Part shown: piece after piece, positions 9,420-19,912 of the stretch
Layout of the letters: the number at the start of each line of letters is the position of its first letter
How positions within the stretch are numbered: the stretch's first letter is position 1
Source: Gemmatimonadota bacterium
GTDB lineage: Bacteria > Gemmatimonadota > Gemmatimonadetes > Palauibacterales > Palauibacteraceae
Length of the DNA: 64,000 nt
Assembly (NCBI GenBank): GCA_965116475.1
Contig: OZ220691.1
Coordinates: 3,483,077-3,547,076 of the forward strand
Direction of reading: 5' to 3'
Position numbers and translations under genes: made by a program
Notes under the pieces: model-generated
Database searches by the model: none
Told to the model about the DNA's origin: nothing
Seen by the model: the letters and a program-made list of their open reading frames with translations, nothing else

Positions 9420-10345
9420 CATTTCTCGGAACGGCTTCCTCGCGGCCGACGGTGTCGCGGAACGTTTCGTCGCTCGCGCTGAAGCGCGAGGGGCGGTTGT
9501 TTCTCCTCGACTGCGGCGAGGGGACGCAGCGGCAGATGATGCGCTACGGGGTGGGCTTTTCCATCGGAGACATCCTCGTCACGCACCTCCACTCCGACCA
9601 CTACCTCGGGCTCGCGGGCCTGCTCCGCACGATGAGCCTCCAGGGGCGCGAGGAGCCGCTGCGGATCTGGGCGCCGGGCGGCGCGGGCGAGACGCTCCGC
9701 GCGCTCCGGGATCTGGGCGGGGACCGACTGGCGTTCGACGCGACCGTGCACGAACTGCGGGCGGGCGAGGCGGTGGAAGGGGAGGGCTTTCGCGTCGAGG
9801 CGTTCGCGACCGAGCACACGCGGCGCTCGCTCGGATTCGCCCTCATCGAGGATGCGCGCCCCGGGAGGTTCGACGTGGCGGCGGCCCGAAAACTGGGCGT
9901 CCCGGAAGGCCCGCTCTTCGGGCGACTGCATCGCGGCGAGAGCGTGGACCTCGAGGACGGCCGGCGCATCCGCCCCGGGGACCTCGTGGGTCCTCCGCGG
10001 GCGGGCAGAAGGGTCGTGTACACCGGGGATACGCGTCCCTCTCCGGAAACGGTCCGGATCTCGCGCGACGCCGACCTCCTCGTGCACGAGGCGACCTTCA
10101 CGGAGGAGGAACGAAATCGGGCGCGGGAGACCGGCCACTCCACGGCCGCCGACGCGGCCGGGGTCGCCCGCGAGGCGGGTGTGCGGCGGCTCGTGCTGAC
10201 GCACGTCAGCGCCCGCTACGCCGAGCGGCCGGCGCAACTGCTCGAGGAGGCGCGTGCCGTCTTTCCGCGGGCGGAACTCGCGCGCGACGGCTGGTCCACC
10301 GAGATCTCCTTCGATGACGCGGACCCGGGAGATCCGGACCCTTGA
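9416..10345 (+). CDS. rnz: Ribonuclease Z (metallo-beta-lactamase fold)
   Basis: HLHSDHYLGL motif, ElaC-like N-terminus FLGTASSRPT. Confidence 0.85.
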   Translation: MTFLGTASSRPTVSRNVSSLALKREGRLFLLDCGEGTQRQMMRYGVGFSIGDILVTHLHSDHYLGLAGLLRTMSLQGREEPLRIWAPGGAGETLRALRDLGGDRLAFDATVHELRAGEAVEGEGFRVEAFATEHTRRSLGFALIEDARPGRFDVAAARKLGVPEGPLFGRLHRGESVDLEDGRRIRPGDLVGPPRAGRRVVYTGDTRPSPETVRISRDADLLVHEATFTEEERNRARETGHSTAADAAGVAREAGVRRLVLTHVSARYAERPAQLLEEARAVFPRAELARDGWSTEISFDDADPGDPDP

Positions 10346-12348
10346 TCCGCGTGCGCGTACCCGGGGACAAGTCGATCTCCCACCGGGCCGCGCTCATCGC
10401 GCCGCTCGCCTCGTCGGCGTCCGTCGTGCGCGGCCTTTCGGACGGCGCCGACGTGCGGGCCAGCGTGCGGGCGATGCAGCGACTCGGCGCGGCCGTCGAG
10501 TGCGAGGAGGGGGAGCGCGGCCTCACGATTCGCTGCGAGGGTGGCGGACTCGACATCGCGTCGGCTCCGCGGCTCGACTGCGGGAACAGCGGGACGACGG
10601 CGCGCCTGCTCGCCGGGATCCTGGCCGGTACCGGCAGCGCCGCGGTCCTCGATGGCGATCCATCGCTTCGCGGCCGCCCCATGCGCCGCGTCATCTATCC
10701 GCTGCAGGCCATGGGAGCGCGGATCGAGTACGATGGGGAGCCGGAACGGCTTCCCGTGCGGTTCCGCGGGCGCGCCACCGGGACCTTGCGGACGCTGCGC
10801 CACCGCGCGCGCGTGGCCAGCGCCCAGGTCAAGTCGGCCGTGCTCCTGGCCGGCGTGCTGGCCCGCGTGCGGGTCGAAGTCAGCGAGCCCGCCCTTTCCC
10901 GGGACCACACCGAGCGCCTGCTGGCCGAGATGGGTGTGCCGGTCGCATTCGATCCCGCGCGGACCGGGGAGGGGGAGGTGAGCTTCGACCCAACCGGCTG
11001 GGACGGTCGGATCGAGGGTCTCCGCATGACCGTGCCCGGCGACCCTTCCTCGGCCGCCTTCCTGATCGGGGCCTCACTCCTCGGCGGCCGGGCCGTCAGG
11101 GTGGAAGCCGTGGCGGCCAACCCCGGGCGCAGCGGTTTCCTCTCCGTGCTCGAGGAAATGGGGGTCCGGGTGGACCGGGAGTCCGCGGCGGCCCAGGCGG
11201 GGGAACCGCTGGAGACGTGGACCGTCCATCCTCCGGGCGACCTGCGGGCGTTCTCGATCGGCGGAGGCCTGATTCCGCGCGTGATCGATGAGATACCCCT
11301 TCTCGCCGTCCTTGCGGCCCGGGCGCGGGGCCGTTCCGAAATCCGGGATGCCGCCGAACTGCGCGTGAAGGAGAGCGACCGTCTCGCCGTACTGGCCCGG
11401 ACGCTCGAGGCACTCGGGGTCGTTGCGGAGGAGAAGCCCGACGGTCTCGTGATCGAGGGCCGTGCCGGGCGGTTGCACGGCGAGGTCGAGACGCGCGGCG
11501 ACCACCGGATCGCCATGGCGTTCGGGGTGCTCGATGCGGCGGGGGATGCCGACCTGCGGATTGACGACCGCGCCTGCGCGGACGTTTCGTTTCCGGGTTT
11601 CTGGGAGGCGATCGAGCCCTTCGCCCGCGGGTCCCGCCGCCCGCGATCTTCACGGACGGGACGAGTGATCGCGGTCGACGGCCCCGCCGCTTCCGGCAAG
11701 AGCAGCACGGCCCTGAGCGTGGCCCGCCGCCTCGGCTTCGTGCACGTGAACTCCGGACTGCTTTACCGGGCGATCACCTGGTGGGCCTTCGACCGGGGGA
11801 TCGCCGGGGACGGCCCGTCGATCGAGGCCGCCGTTCCCGGGCTGGGCATCGATCTCGTCCCCGCGCGCGGTGGATTCGATGGATTGGATGGATGGGATGG
11901 ATTCGACGTAGCCGTGGAGGGGATCCGGCCCGGCCCGCGCCTCGAATCGCCCGAAGTGACGGCGCGGGTGTCCGCCGTCTCCACTCTTCCGGCCGTTCGG
12001 GAGGTCGTGCTGGAGCGGCTGCGCCGGGCGGGCCGCCGGTACGAAATCGTCTGCGACGGACGCGACATCGGCACGGCCGTCTTCCCCGGCGCGGATCTGA
12101 AGATCTTCCTCGTGGCGGAAGCCGGCGAGCGAGCCCGCCGGCGACTGCGCCAGCGCGCCGTTCCCTTCACGGACGACGATGTCGAGCGCGAAACCCGGTG
12201 TCTCGGGGCGCGCGACGAGCTGGACCGATCGCGTTTGCTGTCTCCGCTGCGGCGCGCTCCCGACGCCATCGAGATCGATACGACGTCGATGTCGCCGGAC
12301 GAGGTCGTGGAAGCGATCATCGAGCTTGCGGCCGCCGCTTTCCGTTGA
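10342..12348 (+). CDS. aroA-cmk: Fused 3-phosphoshikimate 1-carboxyvinyltransferase / cytidylate kinase
   Basis: N-terminal ~430 aa is EPSP synthase (KSISHRA, LDCGNSGTTARLLAG). C-terminal ~210 aa is Cmk (P-loop DGPAASGKSS). One uninterrupted ORF; it contains an in-frame 9-bp x4 repeat. Confidence 0.85.
   Translation: MIRVRVPGDKSISHRAALIAPLASSASVVRGLSDGADVRASVRAMQRLGAAVECEEGERGLTIRCEGGGLDIASAPRLDCGNSGTTARLLAGILAGTGSAAVLDGDPSLRGRPMRRVIYPLQAMGARIEYDGEPERLPVRFRGRATGTLRTLRHRARVASAQVKSAVLLAGVLARVRVEVSEPALSRDHTERLLAEMGVPVAFDPARTGEGEVSFDPTGWDGRIEGLRMTVPGDPSSAAFLIGASLLGGRAVRVEAVAANPGRSGFLSVLEEMGVRVDRESAAAQAGEPLETWTVHPPGDLRAFSIGGGLIPRVIDEIPLLAVLAARARGRSEIRDAAELRVKESDRLAVLARTLEALGVVAEEKPDGLVIEGRAGRLHGEVETRGDHRIAMAFGVLDAAGDADLRIDDRACADVSFPGFWEAIEPFARGSRRPRSSRTGRVIAVDGPAASGKSSTALSVARRLGFVHVNSGLLYRAITWWAFDRGIAGDGPSIEAAVPGLGIDLVPARGGFDGLDGWDGFDVAVEGIRPGPRLESPEVTARVSAVSTLPAVREVVLERLRRAGRRYEIVCDGRDIGTAVFPGADLKIFLVAEAGERARRRLRQRAVPFTDDDVERETRCLGARDELDRSRLLSPLRRAPDAIEIDTTSMSPDEVVEAIIELAAAAFR
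11871..11906. repeat. In-frame 9-bp tandem repeat x4 (TGGATTCGA/TGGATTGGA/TGGATGGGA/TGGATTCGA) encoding GFDGLDGWDGFD inside the cmk domain
   Basis: Read directly from sequence. Confidence 0.8.
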
Positions 12349-12557
12349 CGCTTTTGCGGCCTGAATCTAAGTTAGCTTACTGTTCGAGGATCGGTGGCGG
12401 AAAAAGTGGCGCTCCGCCCCGCATCCTGTGGAGACTCGACACCAGGGGATCGGCCGGCGGCTGGGCGGAGGTGGTGAAGCTCGGTTGAGGTCGATTCTTT
12501 TTTGCCACGAGGCCCGGCGAGGCGCACGGTTGGCCCCGCGCGGGAACTTGATTCCCT

Positions 12558-14435
12558 ATGCCCGACGACACGAACCCTCAGACCGACGTCCCCGAGACGG
12601 ATCTCCCCGAAACGACGGATGCGTCGACGGAAGTCGACGACGCCGCTTCGGAAGACGCGGAAGTCGGCGTCGCGACACCGGCGGCCTTCGAGCCAACGGC
12701 CATCGATCTCGATCTCGACGCCGATCCCCGGGACGACTCGCAGCACGATCAGGCGGAGTACGCCGAACTCTACGCGCTCTACGAGGACACGCTCAGCCGC
12801 ATCACGGAAGGCGAGATCGTCTCCGCGCAGGTCATCGGCAAGACCGAGACGGATATCATCCTCGACGTCGGTTTCAAGTCCGAAGGAGCCGTCCCGCTCG
12901 AAGAATTCTCGGATCCGGACGAAGTTCAGCCGGGCGACTCCGTCGATGTCCTCCTCGAGAGCCTCGAGGATGAGGAAGGCGTCGTCGTCCTGTCGAAGAA
13001 GAAGGCGGACTTCCTCCGCGTCTGGGAGAAGATCAAGGACGCGTTCGACAACAACCGTCCCGTGCCGGGCCGCATCAAGCGGAAGATCAAGGGCGGCGTG
13101 ACAGTCGACCTCATGGGGGTCGACGCTTTCCTCCCCGGGTCCCAGATCGCGCTTCGCCGCGTGCCGAACGTCGACGATCTTCTGGGCGACGAGTACGACT
13201 TCAAGATCCTCAAGCTCAACAAGCGCCGCCGGAACATCGTGGTGAGCCGTCGCGTCCTGCTCGAGGAGGAGAGGGCGGGGAAGCGCGAGGAACTCAAGAA
13301 GGAGCTGTCGGTGGGCGACGTGCGCTCCGGAGTCGTCAAGAACATTACGGACTTCGGCGCCTTCATCGACCTGGGCGGCATGGACGGCCTCCTCCACATC
13401 ACCGACATGTCCTGGGGGCGCATCGGTCATCCCTCGGAAGTCTGCGACATCGGCCAGTCGCTCGAGATCAAGATCCTCGACATCGACTGGGACCGGGAGA
13501 GAATCTCGCTCGGCCTCAAGCAACTCCAGGAGTACCCCTGGAAGAACGTGGCCGAGAAATACCCGGTCGGGATACGCGTGCTGGGCCGGGTCGTCTCGAT
13601 CACGAACTACGGCGCCTTCATCGAACTCGAGCGCGGGATCGAGGGTCTCGTCCACATCTCCGAGATGTCGTGGACCCGCAACGTTCGCCATCCATCGCAA
13701 CTGGTCGGCATCAACGACAAGGTCGAATGCGTCGTGCTGCGCGTCGATGAGGAGGCGCAGAAGATCTCGCTCGGGATGAAGCAGGTGGAGGAGGACCCGT
13801 GGCTGGCGCTCCCGGCGCAGTATCCGCCCGGGACGAAGATCCGCGGCCTCGTCCGCAACCTCACGTCCTTCGGCGCCTTCGTGGAGGTCGAGGCGGGCAT
13901 CGACGGCCTCGTCCATATCTCCGACATGAGCTGGACGCGGCGGGTGCAGCATCCGGCGGAGGTGCTTCGCAAGGGGGAGGAGGTCGATGTCGTCGTACTC
14001 TCGATCGACCCCGACCAGAAGCGGATCTCCCTGGGTTTGAAGCAGGTGCAGGAAGATCCGTGGTACCAGCTCGCGCAGGCCTACCAGCCGGGACGGGAAG
14101 TGGCGGGTTCGATCACGCGGCTGCTCGAGAAGGGCGTCGTCGTGGACCTCGGGAGCGATCTCGAAGGCTTCGTGCCGATCTCGCAGCTCGGCGTGGAGTC
14201 CCCGGCCTCCGAGCCCGCCGACCACTTCGACGAGGGGCATCAGTTGGAGCTGCGCGTACTCGAGACGGATCCGATCAACCGCCGCATCGTGCTCGCCGTC
14301 GTGGACGCCCCCGATGTCCCGTACGACGCCGAGGAAGTAGAGTACGAGAATATGGCGGCGTCGAAGTCCGGCTCCGCGGCGGATGACACGGACGAGGGGG
14401 GGCAGTCCGATTCCGGTGGTGAGGCGGGGGAGTAG
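12558..14435 (+). CDS. rpsA: 30S ribosomal protein S1
   Basis: Six S1 domains, acidic N- and C-terminal extensions; conserved cmk-rpsA linkage. Confidence 0.95.
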   Translation: MPDDTNPQTDVPETDLPETTDASTEVDDAASEDAEVGVATPAAFEPTAIDLDLDADPRDDSQHDQAEYAELYALYEDTLSRITEGEIVSAQVIGKTETDIILDVGFKSEGAVPLEEFSDPDEVQPGDSVDVLLESLEDEEGVVVLSKKKADFLRVWEKIKDAFDNNRPVPGRIKRKIKGGVTVDLMGVDAFLPGSQIALRRVPNVDDLLGDEYDFKILKLNKRRRNIVVSRRVLLEEERAGKREELKKELSVGDVRSGVVKNITDFGAFIDLGGMDGLLHITDMSWGRIGHPSEVCDIGQSLEIKILDIDWDRERISLGLKQLQEYPWKNVAEKYPVGIRVLGRVVSITNYGAFIELERGIEGLVHISEMSWTRNVRHPSQLVGINDKVECVVLRVDEEAQKISLGMKQVEEDPWLALPAQYPPGTKIRGLVRNLTSFGAFVEVEAGIDGLVHISDMSWTRRVQHPAEVLRKGEEVDVVVLSIDPDQKRISLGLKQVQEDPWYQLAQAYQPGREVAGSITRLLEKGVVVDLGSDLEGFVPISQLGVESPASEPADHFDEGHQLELRVLETDPINRRIVLAVVDAPDVPYDAEEVEYENMAASKSGSAADDTDEGGQSDSGGEAGE

Positions 14436-14496
14436 CCCCTTCCACGAGCGGCGCAGAGCAGCGCGGAGGCGTCTGGCCCTCGGCTGCAGCGCCGTG

Positions 14497-16350
14497 ATGG
14501 TCGCGGCCGCGGGCTGTGCGCTCATCGCCGGCAACCCACCCATGGAAGCCGCCGCGGCCCGCGCGATTGACGCGGAAGGAGCCGCCGCCGCCCTCCGCCT
14601 TGCCGAGGCCGATTACGAGCAGGGGCGGTTCGCCGCAGCCGCGGCGCGCGGGGACTCGCTCGACGGCGCCTGGCGTGAGATGGAGCCTCTCCGTGCTCTA
14701 GCGGACCGCGCCCTCTCCGTGGCGGGCCGGGCGCTGGAGGCGCAGAGCCTCCCGGGCGCCGCGGCGGATCGCTACAATCGGCTCCTTGCGCGGGCACCGG
14801 CCTCCTCCCTGGAAGCGGCCACCCTGGAGCGACTGGTGCGGGTCCTCTCGGATACGAGCCGGGAGCCCGAGGCGGTCGCCGCGATCCTCTCCACGCCCCT
14901 GGGGCTCGAGACGATCGGCGCGGAGGAGTTCCGCCGATTGACTTCCGCCCTCACCGTCGGGGAATTGCGTCCGTTGACCGAGACCTTCCCGCCGGAGACT
15001 GCGGCGGCCGCGATCGTTCATGCGCAACTCGTCCGCCTCCTCGTCATCGCGAGGGAGGAGGATGAGGCGAGGCGTCTGGCCGCTCGCATCCTGGAGGGGC
15101 AGCCGGCCGAACCGGAGCGGGTCACGGCGGAGATGATCGCGGGGGCGAAAACCGATCTCGGCAGCGCCGCCGCCCGCATCGGCGCGATCCTGCCGCTTAC
15201 CGGCGACCTCTCGGACGTGGGCCAGGTGTTGCGCGAGGGGATCGAACTCGCGCTGGAGCGGTACCGGGATGAGCGCCCGGCGGGCGCCGACGTCGAGCTC
15301 ATCGTCGTCGATGACGAATCGGATCCTGAGAACACCGCGGACCTCGTCCGGTCGCTCGAGGAACGGGGCGTGATCGCGATCGTCGGTCCCCTCCGCGCCG
15401 AATCCTTCGAGGCGGCGGCCCGGGCCCGCCGGAATCCGCGGCTGCCCGTCATCAGCCCCACGGCGACGGAGGTGCTGAGTCCGGCGCCGGCGGCCTATAC
15501 CCTGTACGACGCGGGTACGCGCGCCTCGGATGTGGCGGAGGAACTTGCGCGCTGGACGGTGGAAGAGCTGCGGCTCCGGCGGGTCGCCGTCCTCGAGCCG
15601 GAGGGAGTCGGACTTGGAGGCGCCGTGAGCGCGTTCACGCGAACCCTCGGGGAGCGGGGCGGAATGCTCGTCGGGCACGAACGCTACGATCCAGGGCTCA
15701 CCACCTTCCAGGGACCCATCGAAGCCGTCGCCGCCTCGGAGCCGGACGTCGTCTTCGCGCCGGCGGCGACGGCGTCCGGTGTCCTCGCCGTCGCGCCTCA
15801 GCTCTTCTATTACGGACTGTACAACGCGATCGTCATCGGGAGCGAAGCCTGGGCCGAACCGGCCGTGCTGCGTCGTCTCGAACGCTTCGCGACGGACCAC
15901 CGCGTGATCGGCCTTGCGACGGACCGCGTCAGCGCGGGGACGCCGTGGCGGCGATTTGTGGCAGATTATGAGAGACGGTACCGAAAGACGTTGCGGGACA
16001 ACATTATGCCGGCTCTGGCACACGATGCCGCACTCCTGGTCCTCTCCGCCCTCGACGGCGCGATGCTGCCGATTCCGGCCGCGCTCGCGGCATACCTCGA
16101 ATCGGGGCCTGAAGTCGAGGGCGTCACGGGCCGCCTGCGCCCCGAAGCCGCACGATCCGTCGTGCGGCGCTCCACGGAGGTCCGCATGCTGGTCGACGGC
16201 TCGCCCGTGGAGGCGGACAGGACGCAACTCCTCGCCTGGCTGGCGGAGGTGCGGGCGGCGCCATCGCCCTTTGCGCCGCGCGACTCGCTACGCGTGGACA
16301 CCCTGCGCACGGAGGGGCGGCGCCGGGTGGGAGCGATGAACCGCCGATGA
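14497..16350 (+). CDS. Periplasmic lipoprotein, LpoA-like / type-1 periplasmic binding fold with N-terminal TPR-like region
   Basis: Lipobox AAAGC at the internal Met (14497); PBP1/ANF-receptor-like C-terminal domain. Confidence 0.5.
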   Translation: MVAAAGCALIAGNPPMEAAAARAIDAEGAAAALRLAEADYEQGRFAAAAARGDSLDGAWREMEPLRALADRALSVAGRALEAQSLPGAAADRYNRLLARAPASSLEAATLERLVRVLSDTSREPEAVAAILSTPLGLETIGAEEFRRLTSALTVGELRPLTETFPPETAAAAIVHAQLVRLLVIAREEDEARRLAARILEGQPAEPERVTAEMIAGAKTDLGSAAARIGAILPLTGDLSDVGQVLREGIELALERYRDERPAGADVELIVVDDESDPENTADLVRSLEERGVIAIVGPLRAESFEAAARARRNPRLPVISPTATEVLSPAPAAYTLYDAGTRASDVAEELARWTVEELRLRRVAVLEPEGVGLGGAVSAFTRTLGERGGMLVGHERYDPGLTTFQGPIEAVAASEPDVVFAPAATASGVLAVAPQLFYYGLYNAIVIGSEAWAEPAVLRRLERFATDHRVIGLATDRVSAGTPWRRFVADYERRYRKTLRDNIMPALAHDAALLVLSALDGAMLPIPAALAAYLESGPEVEGVTGRLRPEAARSVVRRSTEVRMLVDGSPVEADRTQLLAWLAEVRAAPSPFAPRDSLRVDTLRTEGRRRVGAMNRR

Positions 16351-17894
16351 GCATGCGCGAGAAGCTGGCCGAACTGAAGGCCCGAGCCGAGCGCGCCGCG
16401 CGCGGAGATCCGGATCGGCTCGCCCGCCAGCACGCGCGCGGCAAGCTGGGCGCCCGGGAGCGCCTCGAGATCCTCCTCGACGAGGGCAGCTTCGTGGAGT
16501 TCGACCGCTTCGTCGAGCACCGCTGCACGGACTTCGGGCTCGGCGACCGGCGCATCCCCGGCGACGGGGTCATCACGGGCTACGGCCGCATCGACGGACG
16601 AACCGTCTACGTGTTCAGCCAGGACTTCACGGTCTTCGGCGGGTCGCTGTCCGAAGCGCACGCCGGCAAGATCGTGAAGGTGCTGGACCTCGCGACGCGG
16701 AACGGCGCCCCCTTCATCGGGATCAACGACTCGGGCGGCGCACGGATTCAGGAGGGGGTCGCCTCTCTGGGCGGCTATGCGGACATCTTCCTCCGAAACA
16801 CGCTCGCCTCGGGCGTGATCCCGCAACTGAGCGCCATCCTGGGACCGTGTTCCGGAGGGGCGGTCTACAGCCCCGCGATCACGGACTTCGTGTTCATGGT
16901 GGACGGCGTAAGCCACATGTTCATCACGGGTCCCGGCGTCGTGAAGACGGTCACGCACGAGGACGTGACGTTCGACGAACTCGGCGGCGCGGCGGTGCAC
17001 GCGAGCCGGTCCGGCGTGGCGCACTTCCGGTCGGAGACCGAGGTCGAGGCGCTTGGCGCCGTACGCCGCCTCCTCTCCTATCTGCCGTCGAACAACCAGG
17101 AGACGCCGCCGTGGCGCGAGACCACGGATCCGCCGGACCGGGCCGACGAGGCGCTGCTCGAGATCGTGCCGGACGATCCGAAGCTCCCGTACGACATGCT
17201 GGACATCATCCGCCGGGTCGTCGACGCCGACAGCCTGATGGAAGTCCACGCCGACTACGCCCGCAACATCATCACCGGCTTCGCCCGGCTCGGGGGGAAC
17301 GCCGTGGGCATCATCGGCAACCAGCCCGCCGTCCTGGCCGGCGTCCTGGACAGCGATGCGAGCATCAAAGCCGCGCGTTTCGTCCGCTTCTGCGATGCGT
17401 TCAACGTGCCCCTGGTGACCTTCGAGGATGTGCCCGGCTTCCTCCCGGGGCTGAGGGAGGAGCACGAGGGGATCATCCGAAACGGCGCGAAGCTCCTTTT
17501 CGCCTACTGCGAAGCGACGGTGCCGAAGCTCACCGTCATCACGCGCAAGGCGTACGGCGGCGCATACGATGTCATGTCGTCCAAGCACATCCGGGGCGAC
17601 CTCAACCTCGCCTGGCCCAGCGCGGAGATCGCGGTGATGGGGGCGAAGGGGGCGGTGGAGGTTCTGTTCCGGCGCGAGATCGCGGCGGCGGAGGATCCCG
17701 TGGCGCGCACGGCCGAACTCGAGGCCGAGTATCGGGCGAAGTTCGCCCATCCCTACCTCGCCGCCGAGCGCGGGTTCATCGACGACGTGATCGACCCCCG
17801 CGAGACGCGCGCGCGCCTCGTGTCGGGGCTCGAGGCCATGGCGGAAAAGCGCGATCGCAACCCGCCCAGGAAGCACGGCAACATCCCGCTGTGA
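16347..17894 (+). CDS. pccB: Propionyl-CoA / methylmalonyl-CoA carboxyltransferase beta subunit
   Basis: Carboxyltransferase family ([37 protein letters not shown]). Confidence 0.9.
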   Translation: MSMREKLAELKARAERAARGDPDRLARQHARGKLGARERLEILLDEGSFVEFDRFVEHRCTDFGLGDRRIPGDGVITGYGRIDGRTVYVFSQDFTVFGGSLSEAHAGKIVKVLDLATRNGAPFIGINDSGGARIQEGVASLGGYADIFLRNTLASGVIPQLSAILGPCSGGAVYSPAITDFVFMVDGVSHMFITGPGVVKTVTHEDVTFDELGGAAVHASRSGVAHFRSETEVEALGAVRRLLSYLPSNNQETPPWRETTDPPDRADEALLEIVPDDPKLPYDMLDIIRRVVDADSLMEVHADYARNIITGFARLGGNAVGIIGNQPAVLAGVLDSDASIKAARFVRFCDAFNVPLVTFEDVPGFLPGLREEHEGIIRNGAKLLFAYCEATVPKLTVITRKAYGGAYDVMSSKHIRGDLNLAWPSAEIAVMGAKGAVEVLFRREIAAAEDPVARTAELEAEYRAKFAHPYLAAERGFIDDVIDPRETRARLVSGLEAMAEKRDRNPPRKHGNIPL

Positions 17895-17910
17895 TCCCGT
17901 CCGAGGCCGG

Positions 17911-19401
17911 ATGTTCGACAAGGTTCTGATCGCGAACCGCGGCGAGATCGCGGTTCGGGTCATCCGCGCCTGCCACGAGGAGGGCCTCGGGACAGTCGCC
18001 GTCTACTCCGACGCGGACCGCCGGGCCCCCCACGTGCTGCTCGCGGGCGAGGCGGTCCGGATCGGGAGGGCCGCGGCCGCGGAGAGCTACCTGTCGATCG
18101 ACCGGCTGCTCGCCGCCGCGGAGGATACGGGGGCGGGCGCGGTCCATCCGGGGTACGGGTTCCTGGCTGAGAACGCCGACTTCTCGCGCGCTGTCGAAGC
18201 CGCCGGGCTCGTTCATGTCGGACCTCCCGCCGAGGCGATCGACATCATGGGCGACAAGACGCGGGCCCGGGCGCGAATGGTGGGGGCGGGAGTCCCCGTC
18301 ATATCGGGCAGCGACCCGCTCGCTTCGGCGCGAGAGGCCGTCGTTGAGGCCGAGAAGATCGGATTCCCCGTTCTCCTGAAGGCGGCGGCGGGAGGGGGCG
18401 GCAAGGGCATGCACGTCGTCTCCGGCGCAGAGGAGATGGAGCGGGCGTTCGGGCGGGCGACCCGGGAGGCGCGGAGTGCCTTCAGTGACGGACGCGTGTT
18501 CGCGGAGCGCTTCCTGCGTTCTCCCCGGCACATCGAGATCCAGGTGCTCGCCGACGACGAGCGGACGCTGGACTTCGGCGAGCGGGAGTGTTCGATCCAG
18601 CGCCGACACCAGAAACTGATCGAAGAAGCGCCGTCCACGGCCATCGACGACGCCCTCCGGCGCCGGATGGCGGAGGTCGCCGTGCGGGCGGCCGAGGCGG
18701 TCGGCTACCGGAGCGCGGGTACGGTCGAGTTCCTGGTCGAAGGAGGAGAGTTCTTCTTCCTCGAGATGAACACCCGGATTCAGGTCGAGCACCCGGTGAC
18801 GGAACTCGTCACCGGCGTGGACCTCGTGCGGCAGCAACTGCGCGTTGCCCGGGGGCTTCCCCTGCTGGGCGGCGGAGAGCCACCGACGGCGCGCGGACAT
18901 GCGATCGAATGCCGGATCAACGCGGAGGATCCCGCCGCCGGATTCGTCCCGTCGATCGGTCGGATCGACCGCTTCGAGGTGCCGACGGGGCCCGGCGTGC
19001 GCTGGGACGGCGGGATCCGCAACGGGTCGGAGGTCGGCCCGCACTACGACTCGCTGCTCGGCAAGCTGGTCGTCCATGCCTCGGACCGGGAGGCTGCGAT
19101 CCGCCGCATGCGGTCCGCGCTCGAAGGGCTCGTCATCGGCGGCGTCGAAACGACCGTCCCCTGGCATCTCGCGGTGATGGACGAACCCGACTACCGGACG
19201 AACGACCTCTCCATCCGGTACGTAGAAGAACACCCCGGACTCGGAGAGACGGCGGACCCCGGTTTGCGCGACGTGGCCCTGGCGACCGCCGTGCTCCTCG
19301 CGGCCCGGGAACGGCCGCGGGTCGTTTCCGGCGGCGCCCCGCGCTCCCGCGACGGGGGGAACGGGCTGTCGGCCTGGGTGCGGGCGGGCCGGGAGACGTG
19401 A
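17911..19401 (+). CDS. accC: Biotin carboxylase
   Basis: ATP-grasp biotin carboxylase (KVLIANRGEIA, EMNTRIQVEHPVTE); no fused BCCP domain. Confidence 0.9.
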   Translation: MFDKVLIANRGEIAVRVIRACHEEGLGTVAVYSDADRRAPHVLLAGEAVRIGRAAAAESYLSIDRLLAAAEDTGAGAVHPGYGFLAENADFSRAVEAAGLVHVGPPAEAIDIMGDKTRARARMVGAGVPVISGSDPLASAREAVVEAEKIGFPVLLKAAAGGGGKGMHVVSGAEEMERAFGRATREARSAFSDGRVFAERFLRSPRHIEIQVLADDERTLDFGERECSIQRRHQKLIEEAPSTAIDDALRRRMAEVAVRAAEAVGYRSAGTVEFLVEGGEFFFLEMNTRIQVEHPVTELVTGVDLVRQQLRVARGLPLLGGGEPPTARGHAIECRINAEDPAAGFVPSIGRIDRFEVPTGPGVRWDGGIRNGSEVGPHYDSLLGKLVVHASDREAAIRRMRSALEGLVIGGVETTVPWHLAVMDEPDYRTNDLSIRYVEEHPGLGETADPGLRDVALATAVLLAARERPRVVSGGAPRSRDGGNGLSAWVRAGRET

Positions 19402-19408
19402 AGCCGTC

Positions 19409-19912
19409 ATGAAGTACCACGTCGAGGTGGACGGCGGGAGCTTCGAGGTCGAGCGGCTGGCCTCCGGATTGCGCCTGAACGGTGCCGAACGGGAAGCCGG
19501 GTTCGCGTGGCTGGCGGAGGGCGAAGTCCAGCTCACCCTGGACGGGACGCACCATCGCGTGCTGGCGCGCCGGACGTCCGGGGGGTGGCGGCTGACCGTG
19601 CGCGGCCGGACGTTCGACGTCACGGTGGAGGATGAGCGCACCCGGACCCTCCGGGCCCTGGCCGACCGGAGCGCCGGGGGGGCGGGACCGCGGGAGTTGC
19701 GCGCCCCGATGCCGGGGCTGATCACGCGCGTTCTCGCGGAAGCCGGGCAGCGCGTGGATGCGGGGGATGGGCTGGTCCTGATCGAAGCCATGAAGATGGA
19801 GAACGAACTGCGGGCCCGGGAACCGGGAACCGTGGCCGTGATCGCCGTCCGTCCCGGCGATGTCGTGGACCGCGACCAGGTGCTCGTGACGCTCGAGGCG
19901 GAGGCGTCGTGA
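19409..19912 (+). CDS. Biotin carboxyl carrier protein (biotinyl domain)
   Basis: C-terminal EAMKMEN biotinylation motif. Confidence 0.8.
   Translation: MKYHVEVDGGSFEVERLASGLRLNGAEREAGFAWLAEGEVQLTLDGTHHRVLARRTSGGWRLTVRGRTFDVTVEDERTRTLRALADRSAGGAGPRELRAPMPGLITRVLAEAGQRVDAGDGLVLIEAMKMENELRAREPGTVAVIAVRPGDVVDRDQVLVTLEAEAS

Noticed and set aside
12372-14543. 723-aa antisense ORF opposite rpsA
   Set aside because: High-GC stop-codon depletion artefact; rpsA on the + strand is unambiguous.
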